Origin: an uncultured Haloferula sp.
Lineage (GTDB): Bacteria; Verrucomicrobiota; Verrucomicrobiia; Verrucomicrobiales; Akkermansiaceae
Direction of reading: 5' to 3'
Assembly (NCBI GenBank): GCA_965652295.1
Contig: CBFGTS010000004.1
Location: forward strand, 160,001-224,000
DNA: 64,000 bases
In this document: positions 1 to 10,929 of the stretch, piece by piece
How the letters are laid out: each line of letters opens with the position of its first letter
Position numbering within the stretch: position 1 is the stretch's first letter
The notes under the pieces: model-generated
Seen by the model: the letters and a program-made list of their open reading frames with translations, nothing else
Databases searched by the model: none
Told to the model about the DNA's origin: nothing
Position numbers and translations under genes: made by a program

Positions 1-1493
1 GAAACGACGTGCTTCGCCGCGGGCCGGCCCTCGGTGAGGGTTCCCGTCTTGTCGGTGATGAGATGAGTGACTTTCTCGGCCCGCTCCAGGGCGGCGGCAT
101 CCCGGACCAGCACACCCATCCGGGCTCCGCGGCCGACACCCACCATGATCGACATGGGTGTGGCCAAGCCGAGCGCACAGGGGCAGGCGATGATCAGGAC
201 GGCCACACTGTTGGCGATGGCGTGACTCAACCGCGATTCCGACCCCCACAGCATCCAGCTCGTGAAAGTCAGCACCGCGATCAAGATGACCGCCGGGACG
301 AACCAGCCGGACACCCGATCGGCCAGCCGCTGGATGGGTGCGCGGCTGCGCTGGGCATCGGCCACCATCTGGACGATCTGGGCAAGCAGCGTTTCCGATC
401 CGACTTTCTCGGCGCGCATCAGGAACGCCCCGGTCTGATTGATGGTCGCCCCGACCACGTGGTCGTCGGATTTCTTCACGACCGGCAGCGGCTCGCCGGT
501 GAGCATCGACTCATCCACGGTGCTCTCGCCCTCGGTGATCGAGCCGTCCACCGGAACCTTCTCGCCAGGGCGAACCCGCAGCACGTCGCCGATGCGGACT
601 TCATCCAGCGGGACGTCGGTTTCGGTGCCGTCCGTCACTCGTCGGGCGGTCTTGGCGGCCAGTCCCAACAGCGCTTGTACCGCTTGGCCCGTTTTACTCC
701 GCGCCTTTGCTTCCAGCCACTGGCCGAGGATGACCAGGGTTGTGATCACCGCGGCGGCTTCGAAGTAGAGAGGTACATTCCCCCCATGCCGCAGCGAGTG
801 TGGGAAAAGCCCCGGCATCAGAGCCGCCACGGTACTGTAGAGCCACGCCGAGCCCACACCGAGGGAGATCAGTGTAAACATGTTGAGGCTCCGGTGACCG
901 AGCGACCGCCAGGCTTTTGCGAACAGGAATCCGCCGGGACCGAAGACGACGAAAGTCGCCAGTACCAACTGGGACCACGCGAAAAGGTTGCCCGGCAGGC
1001 GTTCATGGAGTCGCAGCGCGGGCAGCATCTCGCCCATCGCGAGCAGGAACACGGGCAGCGAAAGCACCGCGCTGATCCACAGCTTGCGTTGCAAGGTTCT
1101 CACCTCGTGGTCTTCCTCGTCCTCCTCATCCGCGGGGAGGGATCTGGGCTCCAGGGCCATGCCGCACTTCGGGCAGTCGCCGGGATGGTCCTGTTCAACC
1201 TCCGGATGCATAGGACAGGTGTAGATCGTCTTCCTCGCGGCAGCTTTCCATGCAGGGTTCCGCTCCAAGGCCATGCCGCATTTCGGACAATCTCCCGGAA
1301 CGTCGGATTCGACGCCGGGACACATCGGGCAGAAGTATTTCGCGCCGGACGATGGCTTCACGTCGTCATGATGGTGGTGATCGTGGGGGTCCGAGTGGCA
1401 GCAGGGTTTGGCCGCCGCTTCCTCCGCAGCGGGCTTCGCGCAGCAACTCTTGGTCTTCTGGTGATCCGGTTCGGGATGGCAATGGTCACTCAT
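1..1493 (-). CDS. copA: Heavy-metal (Cu) translocating P1B-type ATPase, 3' part runs off the window start
   Basis: Read by hand from ATG at 1493: [11 protein letters not shown]..., His/Cys-rich N-terminus, [14 protein letters not shown] and [15 protein letters not shown] metal-binding repeats, and the [15 protein letters not shown] motif. Absent from the ORF track because it has no stop in the window. Confidence 0.9.
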   Translation of the reverse strand, partial: MSDHCHPEPDHQKTKSCCAKPAAEEAAAKPCCHSDPHDHHHHDDVKPSSGAKYFCPMCPGVESDVPGDCPKCGMALERNPAWKAAARKTIYTCPMHPEVEQDHPGDCPKCGMALEPRSLPADEEDEEDHEVRTLQRKLWISAVLSLPVFLLAMGEMLPALRLHERLPGNLFAWSQLVLATFVVFGPGGFLFAKAWRSLGHRSLNMFTLISLGVGSAWLYSTVAALMPGLFPHSLRHGGNVPLYFEAAAVITTLVILGQWLEAKARSKTGQAVQALLGLAAKTARRVTDGTETDVPLDEVRIGDVLRVRPGEKVPVDGSITEGESTVDESMLTGEPLPVVKKSDDHVVGATINQTGAFLMRAEKVGSETLLAQIVQMVADAQRSRAPIQRLADRVSGWFVPAVILIAVLTFTSWMLWGSESRLSHAIANSVAVLIIACPCALGLATPMSIMVGVGRGARMGVLVRDAAALERAEKVTHLITDKTGTLTEGRPAAKHVV

Positions 1494-1932
1494 GGCAGGG
1501 GTCTCCGGTTGGGTGGTTTTTCGATCCGAGGAATTCGGCGATCGGGCAGCCGTGCAGGGCGCCCTTTCCGTTGCAGCGATCGACCAGTGCCCCGAGCGCT
1601 TGTTCCATCGCTTGCAGGGCCTGGATTTTGCCGCGGATGTGATCGAGCCGTGCCTGGGCGAACGACTTCACCTCGCGCCGCGGAGTCAGAATGCTCCCGG
1701 TGAGCTGCAAGAGCTGCTTGATGTCCTGAAGGCTGAAACCCAGCTCCTGTGAACGGCGGATGAAGTGGAGGCGGGCCAGGTCTTTCTCATCGTAGATTCG
1801 GTAGCCGGATCCATTTCGCTCGGGAGGCGGCAAAAGGCCCTTCTGCTCATAGAACCTGAGGGTCTCCGCACCCACGCCGGCCCTTCTTGCCAGCCTGGAG
1901 CGGGTCCACGTCGAGGGTGCTTGTTCTTTCAT
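1486..1932 (-). CDS. MerR-family heavy-metal-responsive regulator
   Basis: [29 protein letters not shown] and C-terminal C..CPI. Start moved to ATG 1932. Confidence 0.9.
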   Translation of the reverse strand: MKEQAPSTWTRSRLARRAGVGAETLRFYEQKGLLPPPERNGSGYRIYDEKDLARLHFIRRSQELGFSLQDIKQLLQLTGSILTPRREVKSFAQARLDHIRGKIQALQAMEQALGALVDRCNGKGALHGCPIAEFLGSKNHPTGDPCHE

Positions 1933-1939
1933 CGGTCTC

Positions 1940-1971
1940 ACCCTGCACCCTGTAGCATGATCCAGGGTCAA
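1940..1971 (-). promoter_or_regulatory. MerR-type promoter/operator
   Basis: Minus strand TTGACC followed by the dyad ACCCTG-N10-CAGGGT in an elongated spacer, just upstream of the merR-copA start. Confidence 0.75.
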
Positions 1972-2052
1972 TCGGAAATCATTGGGTGATGAGAATCCGC
2001 ATCCGAGCGGAAGCCTGCTGCGGCCCGGCACCGACGGGCCGCTTGAAGAAAA

Positions 2053-3084
2053 TCAGGCTCGGAGGAACGGTGGCACCGCCACCGAGCCCCCCTTCGCGGG
2101 CGAAATTTCGTCGATGCGTGCGAGGAGGTCCTCGCTGAGTTCGGATGCCTGGAGGGCGGCGAGCGAGTCATCGAGCTGGGCGACGGTGCGGGCACCGATG
2201 AGGGCGGAGACGACGGGCTTTTTCGTCAGCACCCAGCGCAGGGCGAGGTGGTGGAGCGGCATGCCGGCTTCCCGCGCGAGGGCGTCGAGGGCGAGCAGCT
2301 TGTCTTGGGCATCATGGACCTGGCCGGTTTTCAAAAACCCTTCCTCGCGGGCGGCGCGGGAACCGGCGGGGATGCCGTGGATGTATTTGCCGGTGAGCAT
2401 GCCCTGGGCGAGCGGGCTGAAGACGATCGAGCCGATGCCTTTTTCGTCGAGCCAGTCGTGGATGCCTTTGCTTTCCGGCCAACGGTTGAGGATCGAGTAG
2501 GGCGGCTGATAGATAAGGCAGCGCACGCCCATGTCTTTGAGGATGGAAACGGCACGCTTGAGGCGTTTCGGCGGATATTTCGAGAGACCGACGTAGAGCG
2601 CCTTGCCCTGTTGGACGGCGGTGGCGAGGGCCGACATGGTTTCCTCCAGCGGTGTCGCGGGATCCGGGCGGTGGGAATAGAAGATATCGACGTATTCGAG
2701 TCGCAGACGCTTGAGCGATTGGTCGAGCGAGGAGAGGAGGTGCTTGCGCGAGCCCCACTCGCCGTAGGGGCCCTGCCACATATCGTGGCCGGCCTTGGTG
2801 GAGATGATGAGTTCGTCGCGATGGCAGGCAAAGTCCTCGGAAAGATAGCGGCCGACGTTTTCCTCGGCGCTGCCGTAGGGAGGGCCGTAGTTGTTGGCGA
2901 GGTCGAAATGGGTGATGCCGCGGTCGAAAGCGCGGCGGAGGATGGCGCGGGCTTCGTGCTGGTCATCGGTGTGGCCGAAGTTGTGCCAGCAGCCGAGGGA
3001 GATTTCGGGGAGAAGCAGCCCGGACTTGCCGCAACGGCGGTAGGGCATGCGGCCATCGTAGCGGTGGGGATCGGCGGAATACAT
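2053..3084 (-). CDS. Aldo/keto reductase (YghZ/Gpr-like)
   Basis: ISLGCWHNFG, FDLANNYGPPYGSAE, DIFYSHRPD and SPLAQGMLTGKY motifs. Confidence 0.9.
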   Translation of the reverse strand: MYSADPHRYDGRMPYRRCGKSGLLLPEISLGCWHNFGHTDDQHEARAILRRAFDRGITHFDLANNYGPPYGSAEENVGRYLSEDFACHRDELIISTKAGHDMWQGPYGEWGSRKHLLSSLDQSLKRLRLEYVDIFYSHRPDPATPLEETMSALATAVQQGKALYVGLSKYPPKRLKRAVSILKDMGVRCLIYQPPYSILNRWPESKGIHDWLDEKGIGSIVFSPLAQGMLTGKYIHGIPAGSRAAREEGFLKTGQVHDAQDKLLALDALAREAGMPLHHLALRWVLTKKPVVSALIGARTVAQLDDSLAALQASELSEDLLARIDEISPAKGGSVAVPPFLRA

Positions 3085-3096
3085 GGATCGGATAGG

Positions 3097-4347
3097 TTAA
3101 AGCGAGCGCAGCGCGGCGATGCGGACGAGCACCGGCGGGTGGGAGTGATCGAGGAACACCCGCGCCGGATGCGGGGTGAGGTTGGAGAGGTTTTTGACGG
3201 ACAGCTTCTTCAGCGCGGAGATGAGTGACTCGGGCTTTTGGGTCACTTTGGCGGCGTAGGCGTCGGCTTCGAACTCATGCTTGCGCGACCAGACATTGCC
3301 AAACACGCCGAGGATGCGGCTGACGGGGGTGAAAAGGATGGCAAACAGGACGAGACCGACGTGAGGCGAAATCTCCGGCACCATGAAAGCCTCGAACAGT
3401 TCGCGGGCGAAGGCGGAGTCGGGGTCGATGACCTTTCCGAGGAGGAAAAACAGCACGGCGGTCTGGACGATGGCCATGCCGATGCGCTGGACGATGTGGC
3501 GGCACTTGAAGTGGCCGATTTCGTGGGCGAGCACGCCGACGAGTTCATCGGTGCTCTGCTCTTCGACGAGGGTGTCGTAGAGTGCGATCTTCTTGGTTTT
3601 GCCGAAGCCGGTGAAGTAGGCGTTGGCCTTGGTCGAGCGCTTCGAGCCGTCCATGACCGAGATCTCGCCGAGCGGGAAGCCGCACTTCTCGGCCATTTTC
3701 TCGATTTCGGCGCGGGTTTCGCCGTCTTCCATGGGCGTGAATTTGTTGAACAGCGGGAGGATCAGCGAGGGGGCGAGCCAGGTGAGCAGGAGCTGGACGG
3801 TGGTGAAAAGCAGCCAGGCCCAGAGCCAGGCGTTGGGGACGCTGTGGAAGATCCACAGGACGCCGGCGACCAGCGGCAGACCGAGGATGGCGGCGAGCAG
3901 CAGGCCCTTGATCTCATCGGCGACGAAGAGCTTCGGGGTCATGCGGTTGAAGCCGAACCGTTCCTCGATGACGAAGGTCGAGTAGATCGAGAGCGGGAGG
4001 TGGATGAGGTGGTTGCCGAGGAAGAGGAGGCCGAGGAAAAGCATCCCGGCGGGGATGCCATCGCCGAGCCAGCCGCGACAAAGTCCATCGAGCCAGCCGA
4101 AGCCGCCGATGAGCCAGAAGACGATCAGGGAAAAGAGCGAGACGAGTGACTCGATGATGCCGAACCGGGCGTTGACGCGGGTGTATTCGAGGGACTTGGC
4201 GTGCTCGGCGGGGTCGAGGATGCCCTCGAACTCGGCGGGGATCTCCGGCTGGAGGGCGCGGAGGTTGAGCAGGGTGACCACGAAATCGAGGTTCCAGAGG
4301 ACCAGCAGGATGATGAGGATGGCAAGGCCGAGCGCGTTCAATTCCAT
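3097..4347 (-). CDS. M48 (Ste24-like) zinc metallopeptidase
   Basis: ANAYFTGFG, HEIGH zinc motif, EFEADAYA, HSHPP and multiple TM segments. Confidence 0.9.
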   Translation of the reverse strand: MELNALGLAILIILLVLWNLDFVVTLLNLRALQPEIPAEFEGILDPAEHAKSLEYTRVNARFGIIESLVSLFSLIVFWLIGGFGWLDGLCRGWLGDGIPAGMLFLGLLFLGNHLIHLPLSIYSTFVIEERFGFNRMTPKLFVADEIKGLLLAAILGLPLVAGVLWIFHSVPNAWLWAWLLFTTVQLLLTWLAPSLILPLFNKFTPMEDGETRAEIEKMAEKCGFPLGEISVMDGSKRSTKANAYFTGFGKTKKIALYDTLVEEQSTDELVGVLAHEIGHFKCRHIVQRIGMAIVQTAVLFFLLGKVIDPDSAFARELFEAFMVPEISPHVGLVLFAILFTPVSRILGVFGNVWSRKHEFEADAYAAKVTQKPESLISALKKLSVKNLSNLTPHPARVFLDHSHPPVLVRIAALRSL

Positions 4348-4523
4348 GGCGTGCGGGCAGCATGCATTGCGGGCCGCCGGCTGCAAGGGCGGGGAGGGGT
4401 TCCCGGGATTTGGAATCTGGGGCAGCCGGTGGATCGGATCCGTTTCTCCCGAAGTGCCTCTCGGCATCGGGGGGATTGTCCCTTGAGTTTCCCGCGGGGA
4501 AGTCGCAGTTTCCCGGCCTGCCC

Positions 4524-5258
4524 ATGAATCGACCGCTCCTCGCCGTCCTGACCGCCTCCTGTGCCATCGCGTTTTCGCACGCCGCGGAGGTGCCGAAAGT
4601 CCTCAGTGTCCTGCCCGAGGGAAAACTGGTGAAGGGGGCGACGATCGCCGTCGTGCCGCCCAAGGAACTCGATAAATACCTGGAAATCGTCGAGGTCGCG
4701 GCGCGCGAGAATCCGGAGTGGTTCGCCGAGCACTCGAAAAAATCGGCCCCGGGCGTGCCTTTGCCCTACGACGAAAAGCTGGGGCTGACGAAGGAACAGT
4801 ACGACGACTATCTGGCGATCTGGGCGAAGCGCGAATTCCGGGCCGTGGAGCCGATCATCCTCCAGCTCAAGCCGACCGACGACGGAATGTGGAAGATCAC
4901 GACCGCCGGTGGGGCCCATTCGATTTCCACGCTGAAGTATGACCCGAAGAAGGACGTGATCGTTTCGCCCAACGGCGAGATGGAGCGGCTGGAAGATGTG
5001 AAGGCGGAGAAGGATTCGATCCTGGGCGCGTGGGAAGGCCACGAGTGGCGCTTTCAGGAGGAATCGAGCCTGGGCAAGACCAAGGAGAATTTCGCGATCG
5101 GAAAGACCAGCGACGGCGTCTACGGCATGTTGGTTTACCGCATGCAGGAGGTGTCGGCCGAGGGCACGCCGCTCTACGACAACAGCATCGTGATCCGATT
5201 TCCCTTGGGCGATGCGGGGCTCCTCAACGAGGAGGAGCTGCAGAAGCCGGCGCGCTGA
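4524..5258 (+). CDS. Exported hypothetical protein
   Basis: Signal-peptide-like MNRPLLAVLTASCAIAFSHA and typical codon usage. Confidence 0.7.
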   Translation: MNRPLLAVLTASCAIAFSHAAEVPKVLSVLPEGKLVKGATIAVVPPKELDKYLEIVEVAARENPEWFAEHSKKSAPGVPLPYDEKLGLTKEQYDDYLAIWAKREFRAVEPIILQLKPTDDGMWKITTAGGAHSISTLKYDPKKDVIVSPNGEMERLEDVKAEKDSILGAWEGHEWRFQEESSLGKTKENFAIGKTSDGVYGMLVYRMQEVSAEGTPLYDNSIVIRFPLGDAGLLNEEELQKPAR

Positions 5259-5265
5259 TCCGGCG

Positions 5266-5823
5266 ATGAGGATCATCTCTGGAAAGGCGGGTCGGGTGGC
5301 GATCCGGGTGCCCGGCGATGTGGCGCGGCCGACCACGGATTTCGTCCGTCAGGCGGTGTTTTCCATTCTCGGCGAAAAGGTCGAGGGCGCGCGGGTGGCG
5401 GACCTTTTCGCGGGTTCCGGCGCGCTGGGGCTGGAAGCGCTGAGCCGGGGTGCTGCCAGCTGCGAATTCGTGGAGCAGAACCGCAAGGCGACCGGGGTGA
5501 TCCACGCCAATTTGGAGAAGGCTCGGCTCGATGGCGGGCGGGTGACGTCCGGAGACGTCCATGCGTGGGTCAAGCGTGGTTCGGGGAGCTTCGATCTGGT
5601 TTTCGCGGATCCGCCTTATGCAAAGACGAAGCTGGATCGCGATCATCTGGCGGAGTTGTTGGGTTCGCCCGCTGCAGCGGCAATGCTGGCACCGGGGGGC
5701 TATTGGGTGGCCGAGCAGGCGGCCGAGAGCGAACCGCCGCGGGCCGAAGGGCTGCGGTTGCTGGACCGGCGGGTTTACGGCGGCAGCGCCATCCTGCTTT
5801 ACGCTCATCCCGCGGAATCCTAG
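5266..5823 (+). CDS. rsmD: 16S rRNA m2G966 methyltransferase
   Basis: MRIISG..RPTTD..R, DLFAGSGALGLEALSRG and DPPY motifs. Confidence 0.9.
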   Translation: MRIISGKAGRVAIRVPGDVARPTTDFVRQAVFSILGEKVEGARVADLFAGSGALGLEALSRGAASCEFVEQNRKATGVIHANLEKARLDGGRVTSGDVHAWVKRGSGSFDLVFADPPYAKTKLDRDHLAELLGSPAAAAMLAPGGYWVAEQAAESEPPRAEGLRLLDRRVYGGSAILLYAHPAES

Positions 5824-5835
5824 CTTCGCCATCCG

Positions 5836-7098
5836 ATGGAGGGGCCGCTGATCATCTACCGGTTGCTGTTGCCGGTTTACGTGCTGATGGCAGGACCCGG
5901 CTGGTGGCTGAAAATGGTCCGCCGCGGCGGGTTCCGCAGCGGATTGGGCGAGCGGTTCGGCTTCTATCCGGACGAGCTGGAATACGAGCCTTGCGGCGCG
6001 ACGCATGTCCATGCGGTGAGCGTGGGCGAGGCGCTGCTGGCGCTGAAATTGATCCGCGCATGGCAGGTGAAGGAGCCGGCAAAACGCTTCGTGCTGGCGG
6101 TTGCGACGGCCACGGGAAAGCAGGTCGCGATGGCGAATGCTCCGGAGGGCGTGCGGGTGGTGTATCAGCCGGTGGACTTCCGTTTCCTGGTGCGCCGCTA
6201 TGTCGCGCGCTTCGAACCGGAGCAGATCGTGTTGGTGGAGGGGGAAATGTGGCCGCATCTGTTGCTCGAATGCGCCAGGCGGGACGTGCCGGTCCGGCTT
6301 GTCAACGCGCGGATGTCGCCGCGCTCGCGTCGCCGTTATCGCAAGCTGGCTTTTTGGGTGAGGCCGTTTTTCAGGCATCTCGACCGCGTCGCGGTGCAGG
6401 AGGCGGAGGACGCCGCGATCTGGTCGGAGCTGGGTGTCGCGGCGGACAAGGTGCGGGTGACCGGCAGTTTGAAGTTTGATCCGGGACCGCGACGGGAGAT
6501 CGAGGTGCCGGCGGATTTCCGGGCGATGATCGGGGCGATGGATGAGGGGCGGCCGGTGGTGCTGGCGGCGAGCACCCACGCCGGCGAGGAGGCCTTGCTG
6601 GCGGTGGCGATCGACGAGGCGGGTGGCTTTCCGCTGATCGTGCCCCGCCACGCGGAACGTCGCGCGGAGGTCCGGGAGAGCTTGGAAAAGGCGGGCTTCG
6701 CGGTGGCCTTGAGGTCGGGTTTTTCAGCCCCGGCCGGAGCGCGGAAAGTGCTGGTGGTCGATAGCACCGGCGAGCTGCGCGCGTGGACGGCGGCGGCCGG
6801 CGTGGTGATCATCGGGAAGAGCTTTCTCGCCGAAGGCGGACAGAACCCGGCCGAGGCGATCGAAGCGGGCAAGGCCGTGGTGTTCGGTCCGCACATGGAG
6901 AACTTCGAGCCGCTGGCCACGCGGCTGGAGGAGCGGGGTGGCGCGATGCGGGTCGGGGCGGCGGCGCTTCCGGGTAGCCTGCGGGAGCTTTTGAGAAACC
7001 CGGCGCGGCGCGAGGAAATGGCGGAAGCGGGGCGGGAGGTGCTTTCGCAGCACGAGGGTGCGGTGGCGCGGGTGATCGATCTTCTGGGCGGGCGGTGA
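5836..7098 (+). CDS. waaA: Kdo transferase
   Basis: HAVSVGE, VNARMS, GSLKFD, ASTHAGEE, VPRHAER and GGQNPAE motifs. Confidence 0.92.
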   Translation: MEGPLIIYRLLLPVYVLMAGPGWWLKMVRRGGFRSGLGERFGFYPDELEYEPCGATHVHAVSVGEALLALKLIRAWQVKEPAKRFVLAVATATGKQVAMANAPEGVRVVYQPVDFRFLVRRYVARFEPEQIVLVEGEMWPHLLLECARRDVPVRLVNARMSPRSRRRYRKLAFWVRPFFRHLDRVAVQEAEDAAIWSELGVAADKVRVTGSLKFDPGPRREIEVPADFRAMIGAMDEGRPVVLAASTHAGEEALLAVAIDEAGGFPLIVPRHAERRAEVRESLEKAGFAVALRSGFSAPAGARKVLVVDSTGELRAWTAAAGVVIIGKSFLAEGGQNPAEAIEAGKAVVFGPHMENFEPLATRLEERGGAMRVGAAALPGSLRELLRNPARREEMAEAGREVLSQHEGAVARVIDLLGGR

Positions 7099-7205
7099 AG
7101 CCAGACCCTGCCGGAGGTGGGAGGGGCGTTTTTCCTTCCGAGCCCCCCGGAGATTCGTATCACGACGAGTTTGTCATTCCCGGATCGGTCGCTAGAGTCG
7201 CGGGC

Positions 7206-8750
7206 GTGACCGACCCATCCAATGAGCAGGACGACCTGCTGTCGGCGTTCCACCTGGGCCCCTCCTGGGCCCGCGAGAGCGCACCGGTAAAGAAGTACGA
7301 GGATCATCGTGGCGATGACGATCGCCCGCGCCGCGGACGCGGCGGGCCCGGAGGTCCGGGCGGAGGCGGTGGCCGCCGTCAAGGTGGGGGACGCGGGCGG
7401 GATGATCGCCGGGACGACCGTCGTGACGATCGACGGGATGACCGTCGCGGAAAGTTTTCCGGTCGGCGCGACGGTGATCAACGTCGCGAACTCCCCGATC
7501 CGGCGCCGGGCGTGAAGGTCACTCTCCAACCTGCGGCCGAGGCGGCCCACCGGATGGTGAAGGAGATCCAGCACCGGGCGCGGGTCTACTCGCTGTTCGA
7601 CGTTTCGAAGATGTTTCTCAACCATCGCTCCAGCTACCTGCTGGAGGTCGCCATGGACCCGGCGAATCCGCCGATGTTCCGCGGCCTGAAGGACGCCTCG
7701 CTTTTCCTGACGAAGGACGAAGCGGTGGCTCATTTCCTTGCCTCGCCGGTGTTCGGCGAGTGTTACGAGAGCGAGGAGGTCGAAACCGAGGCCCCCGCGG
7801 GGAACTTCCAGGTGGTTGCGAAGTGCGGACTGTCCGGCGAATGGCTCGGCCCGCCGAATTTTCACGCCTATCAAGCGAACCTGCGACGCCTGCATCGCGA
7901 GCGATTTTCCAACATGCCCTTCGATCGCTACGTTTCCAAGGTGCGCACCGAACGGGGCGAGGAGGCGGTGAACGCGTGGCTGGAGAGCATGAAGGTGCGG
8001 ACGCGCTGGCGTCCGAAGGGCGGGGATGACGATTCGTGGACTTTCGAGCGAGCCGAGATGGATCGCGATTTCGTCCAGAACCGTTTCGGGGAATTCTTCG
8101 AGGAAACGCACAAGGCGGAGCTGCCCGGCGATATCGACGCCCGCTCGCTTTCCCTCGGGATTCTCGCCGCGGTGAGAATTGCCGGCAGCCACGCGCGCAA
8201 GCATCCCGCCATGATGATCCCGGCGCTGTGCCGGGCGCTGGAGTCGGATCACCTCGCGATCTTCAAGACCAAAGGCAAACTCTACTGCGGACCGGCTCGA
8301 CCGCATCCGCTGGTGACCTTCGACGACCTTTCGGAGCGTCCCGCGGCGATCGTCCGGTTCCTTGACACGCATCCGGATGCGAAGCTGAAGGAACTCTGGA
8401 AGGAGCTTTTGCCGGAAGGCATCGAGGAACCGCCCAAGGAATGGCTGGTCGACCTCTTCTGGCTGCTTACCCAGGGCCATGTCCTGCTTTTCGACGATGG
8501 AAAATTGGTGCTGCCGAAGCGCAAGCCATCCGCCGCCGCACCCCAGGCCGCATCGCCAAAGGCGAAGAAGAAAAAGAAGAAGCCTGCTGCGAAGAAAGGG
8601 CGCAAGGCGCGCTTCAAGAGCCAGGGCGGACTGGTGCGCGGCATCAGCCGCATGAAGCCCAGCCAGCTCAAGCGCTTGCGCGGGACCGCCCGGCTGTGGG
8701 CCCGTCGCTTGGAGCGGCGCGACAGAATTGCCTCGCTGCAGGACGATTGA
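7206..8750 (+). CDS. Hypothetical protein with RG/DDRR-rich N-terminus and Lys/Arg-rich C-terminus
   Basis: Long ORF with good codon usage. Start set at GTG 7206, downstream of TTGTCA-N16-TAGAGT. Confidence 0.75.
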   Translation: MTDPSNEQDDLLSAFHLGPSWARESAPVKKYEDHRGDDDRPRRGRGGPGGPGGGGGRRQGGGRGRDDRRDDRRDDRRDDRRGKFSGRRDGDQRRELPDPAPGVKVTLQPAAEAAHRMVKEIQHRARVYSLFDVSKMFLNHRSSYLLEVAMDPANPPMFRGLKDASLFLTKDEAVAHFLASPVFGECYESEEVETEAPAGNFQVVAKCGLSGEWLGPPNFHAYQANLRRLHRERFSNMPFDRYVSKVRTERGEEAVNAWLESMKVRTRWRPKGGDDDSWTFERAEMDRDFVQNRFGEFFEETHKAELPGDIDARSLSLGILAAVRIAGSHARKHPAMMIPALCRALESDHLAIFKTKGKLYCGPARPHPLVTFDDLSERPAAIVRFLDTHPDAKLKELWKELLPEGIEEPPKEWLVDLFWLLTQGHVLLFDDGKLVLPKRKPSAAAPQAASPKAKKKKKKPAAKKGRKARFKSQGGLVRGISRMKPSQLKRLRGTARLWARRLERRDRIASLQDD

Positions 8751-8861
8751 TTTTGCGGTTCATGGAGGGGGTGGGATAGGTGGAAGTGGATTTCCCGGGC
8801 TTGTTGCTCCCGGGTCACGCCGCTAGATCGTCGGCAACCCACTCAACCCACTGCACCACTC

Positions 8862-9725
8862 ATGCCCAATCCCTGGACCGGAACCGGAAATCCCTACACC
8901 CGCGCGGAAGTCATCGAACGCCTTCAGGACACTCTTTCCAAGGGTGAGCCGATCATCGCCGCGGGAGCGGGAACCGGCATCAGCGCCAAATTCATCGAAA
9001 AAGGCGGCGCCGATCTGATCATCATCTACAATTCGGGCCGCTTCCGGATGATGGGCCACGGATCGACCGCAGGCATGATGGCTTACGGCGATGCGAACGC
9101 AATCGCCATGGAAATCGGCGAGTTCGAGGTCCTGCCGGTGGTGGAAGAAATTCCGGTGATCTGTGGGGTCCACGCCACCGATCCGCGCCGCCGGATGTGG
9201 CATTGGTTGCTCAAGGTGAAGGAGATGGGCTTCTCCGGCGTGAACAATTTTCCGACCCACACGATCGTCGACGGGCACTTCCGCGGTGTGCTGGAGGAGA
9301 CGGGAATGAGTGTCGAAAAGGAGTTCGACATGGTCGGCCTGGCGGGCCGCATGGATCTCTTTTCCATCGTCTATGTAGGCTCTCCGGAGGAGGCGAAGCG
9401 GATGGCCGAGAACGGTGCAGACGCGATCATCGCCCATGTCGGGACGACGGTCGGCGGTTCGATCGGGGTGACCGGTGCGGTGGCCACTTGGGAAGATACC
9501 GTCCATCGGACGCAGCAGATCATCGATGCCGCCAAGAGCGTTCGGGATGACATTTTCTACCTTTGCCATGGCGGCCCGATCAACACCCCCGAAGATGTGG
9601 AGCGGATGTTGGCGGCGACCGACTGCGTCGGTTTCGTCGGGGCGTCGAGCCTTGAGCGGATGGGGGTGGAGGAGTCGTTGACGAGTCTGACTCGCGAGTT
9701 CAAATCGGTGTCGCTGAAGCGCTGA
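8862..9725 (+). CDS. TIM-barrel signal transduction / PEP hydrolase-like family protein
   Basis: GAGTGISAK..GGADLIIIYNSGRFRM..G, GVNNFPT, CHGGPI and GASSLER motifs. Confidence 0.88.
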   Translation: MPNPWTGTGNPYTRAEVIERLQDTLSKGEPIIAAGAGTGISAKFIEKGGADLIIIYNSGRFRMMGHGSTAGMMAYGDANAIAMEIGEFEVLPVVEEIPVICGVHATDPRRRMWHWLLKVKEMGFSGVNNFPTHTIVDGHFRGVLEETGMSVEKEFDMVGLAGRMDLFSIVYVGSPEEAKRMAENGADAIIAHVGTTVGGSIGVTGAVATWEDTVHRTQQIIDAAKSVRDDIFYLCHGGPINTPEDVERMLAATDCVGFVGASSLERMGVEESLTSLTREFKSVSLKR

Positions 9726-9729
9726 GGTC

Positions 9730-10929
9730 ATGGCGACGATCGCCGTTTTGGGCACCCTCGACTCCAAGGGGGCGGAGCATGCCTACCTCGCGGAACGGAT
9801 TCGCGAGAGAGGGCACGAGACGCTGCTGATCGATGTCGGCAGTGGAGGCCCCCCCACGGTGGCTCCCGATATTTCCCGCGAGGAAGTGGCCGCGGCCGCG
9901 GGCTTGGATTTGGGCCCGTTGCTGAGCCGCCACGACCGGGGCGAATGCGTGACCGCCATCGCGGCGGCGGCACCCGTGATGATCGCCGGGCTCGTGGGTG
10001 AGGGCCGGATTCACGGCCTGATCTCCGCTGGAGGCGGGGGAGGAACCGCGATCGGAACGGCGGTGATGCGTCAGCTGCCGCTCGGGTTTCCGAAGCTGAT
10101 GGTTTCCACGCTCGCGAGCGGGAACACGTCGCCCTACGTGGGAACGAGCGACTTGGTGATGATGCCCAGCATCGTCGATGTCGCGGGTTTGAATTCCGTT
10201 TCGCGCGGCGTGTTCGCACGGGCCGCGGGGGCGATCTGCGGCATGGTCGAAGCACGGATCGAGTCGGACGAGGCGAAACCGCTCGTGGTTGCGAGCATGT
10301 TCGGCAACACCACCGGGTGCATTGAGGAGGCGAAACGGATCATGGAGGAGGCCGGCTATGAGGTGCTGGTTTTCCACGCGACCGGCACCGGCGGGCGGGC
10401 GATGGAGGCTTTGATCGCAAGCGGCATGGTCGCGGGCGTGCTGGACCTCACCACCACGGAATGGGCTGATGAAATGGTCGGCGGAATCCTGTCGGCGGGT
10501 CCGACACGGCTGGATGCGGCGGCTCAGGCGGGAATCCCCGCGGTGATCGCGCCGGGTTGCCTCGACATGGTGAACTTCGGCGAGCGTTCCAGCGTGCCCG
10601 CGCGGTTCGAGCGGCGGAATTTTTACATTCACAATCCGCAGGTGACCCTGATGCGGACCTCGGTGGAGGAAAGCAGGAGTCTCGGAGAGCTCCTCGCGCG
10701 CAAAGCCAACGCTTACCGTGGCCCGGTGGCGCTGGTCCTGCCGGAGGGCGGATTGAGCGCGATCGGGGAAAAGGGTGGTCCTTTTCACGACGGGCAAGCG
10801 GATCAAGCCCTGTTCGACGCCGTGGAACGAGAGGCGAGGATCGAGGTGAACCGTCGCCCGGAGGCCATCAATGACCCGGGTTTTGCAAAATTTTGTGCCG
10901 AGCGGTTGCTGAGTATGCTCGATCGGTGA
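9730..10929 (+). CDS. Tm-1-like ATP-binding domain protein (UPF0261)
   Basis: GTLDSKG, GGGGGT, SIVDVAGLN, FHATGTGG, DLTTTE and LDMVNFG motifs; usual partner of the TIM-barrel gene. Confidence 0.88.
   Translation: MATIAVLGTLDSKGAEHAYLAERIRERGHETLLIDVGSGGPPTVAPDISREEVAAAAGLDLGPLLSRHDRGECVTAIAAAAPVMIAGLVGEGRIHGLISAGGGGGTAIGTAVMRQLPLGFPKLMVSTLASGNTSPYVGTSDLVMMPSIVDVAGLNSVSRGVFARAAGAICGMVEARIESDEAKPLVVASMFGNTTGCIEEAKRIMEEAGYEVLVFHATGTGGRAMEALIASGMVAGVLDLTTTEWADEMVGGILSAGPTRLDAAAQAGIPAVIAPGCLDMVNFGERSSVPARFERRNFYIHNPQVTLMRTSVEESRSLGELLARKANAYRGPVALVLPEGGLSAIGEKGGPFHDGQADQALFDAVEREARIEVNRRPEAINDPGFAKFCAERLLSMLDR

Noticed and set aside
9..1703. 564-aa + strand ORF, and similar long ORFs such as 34009-36714 +, 18511-20826 - and 6336-8480 -
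   Set aside because: Antisense shadows of recognisable genes (copA, the PVC heme protein, sucA and others), typical of high-GC DNA.
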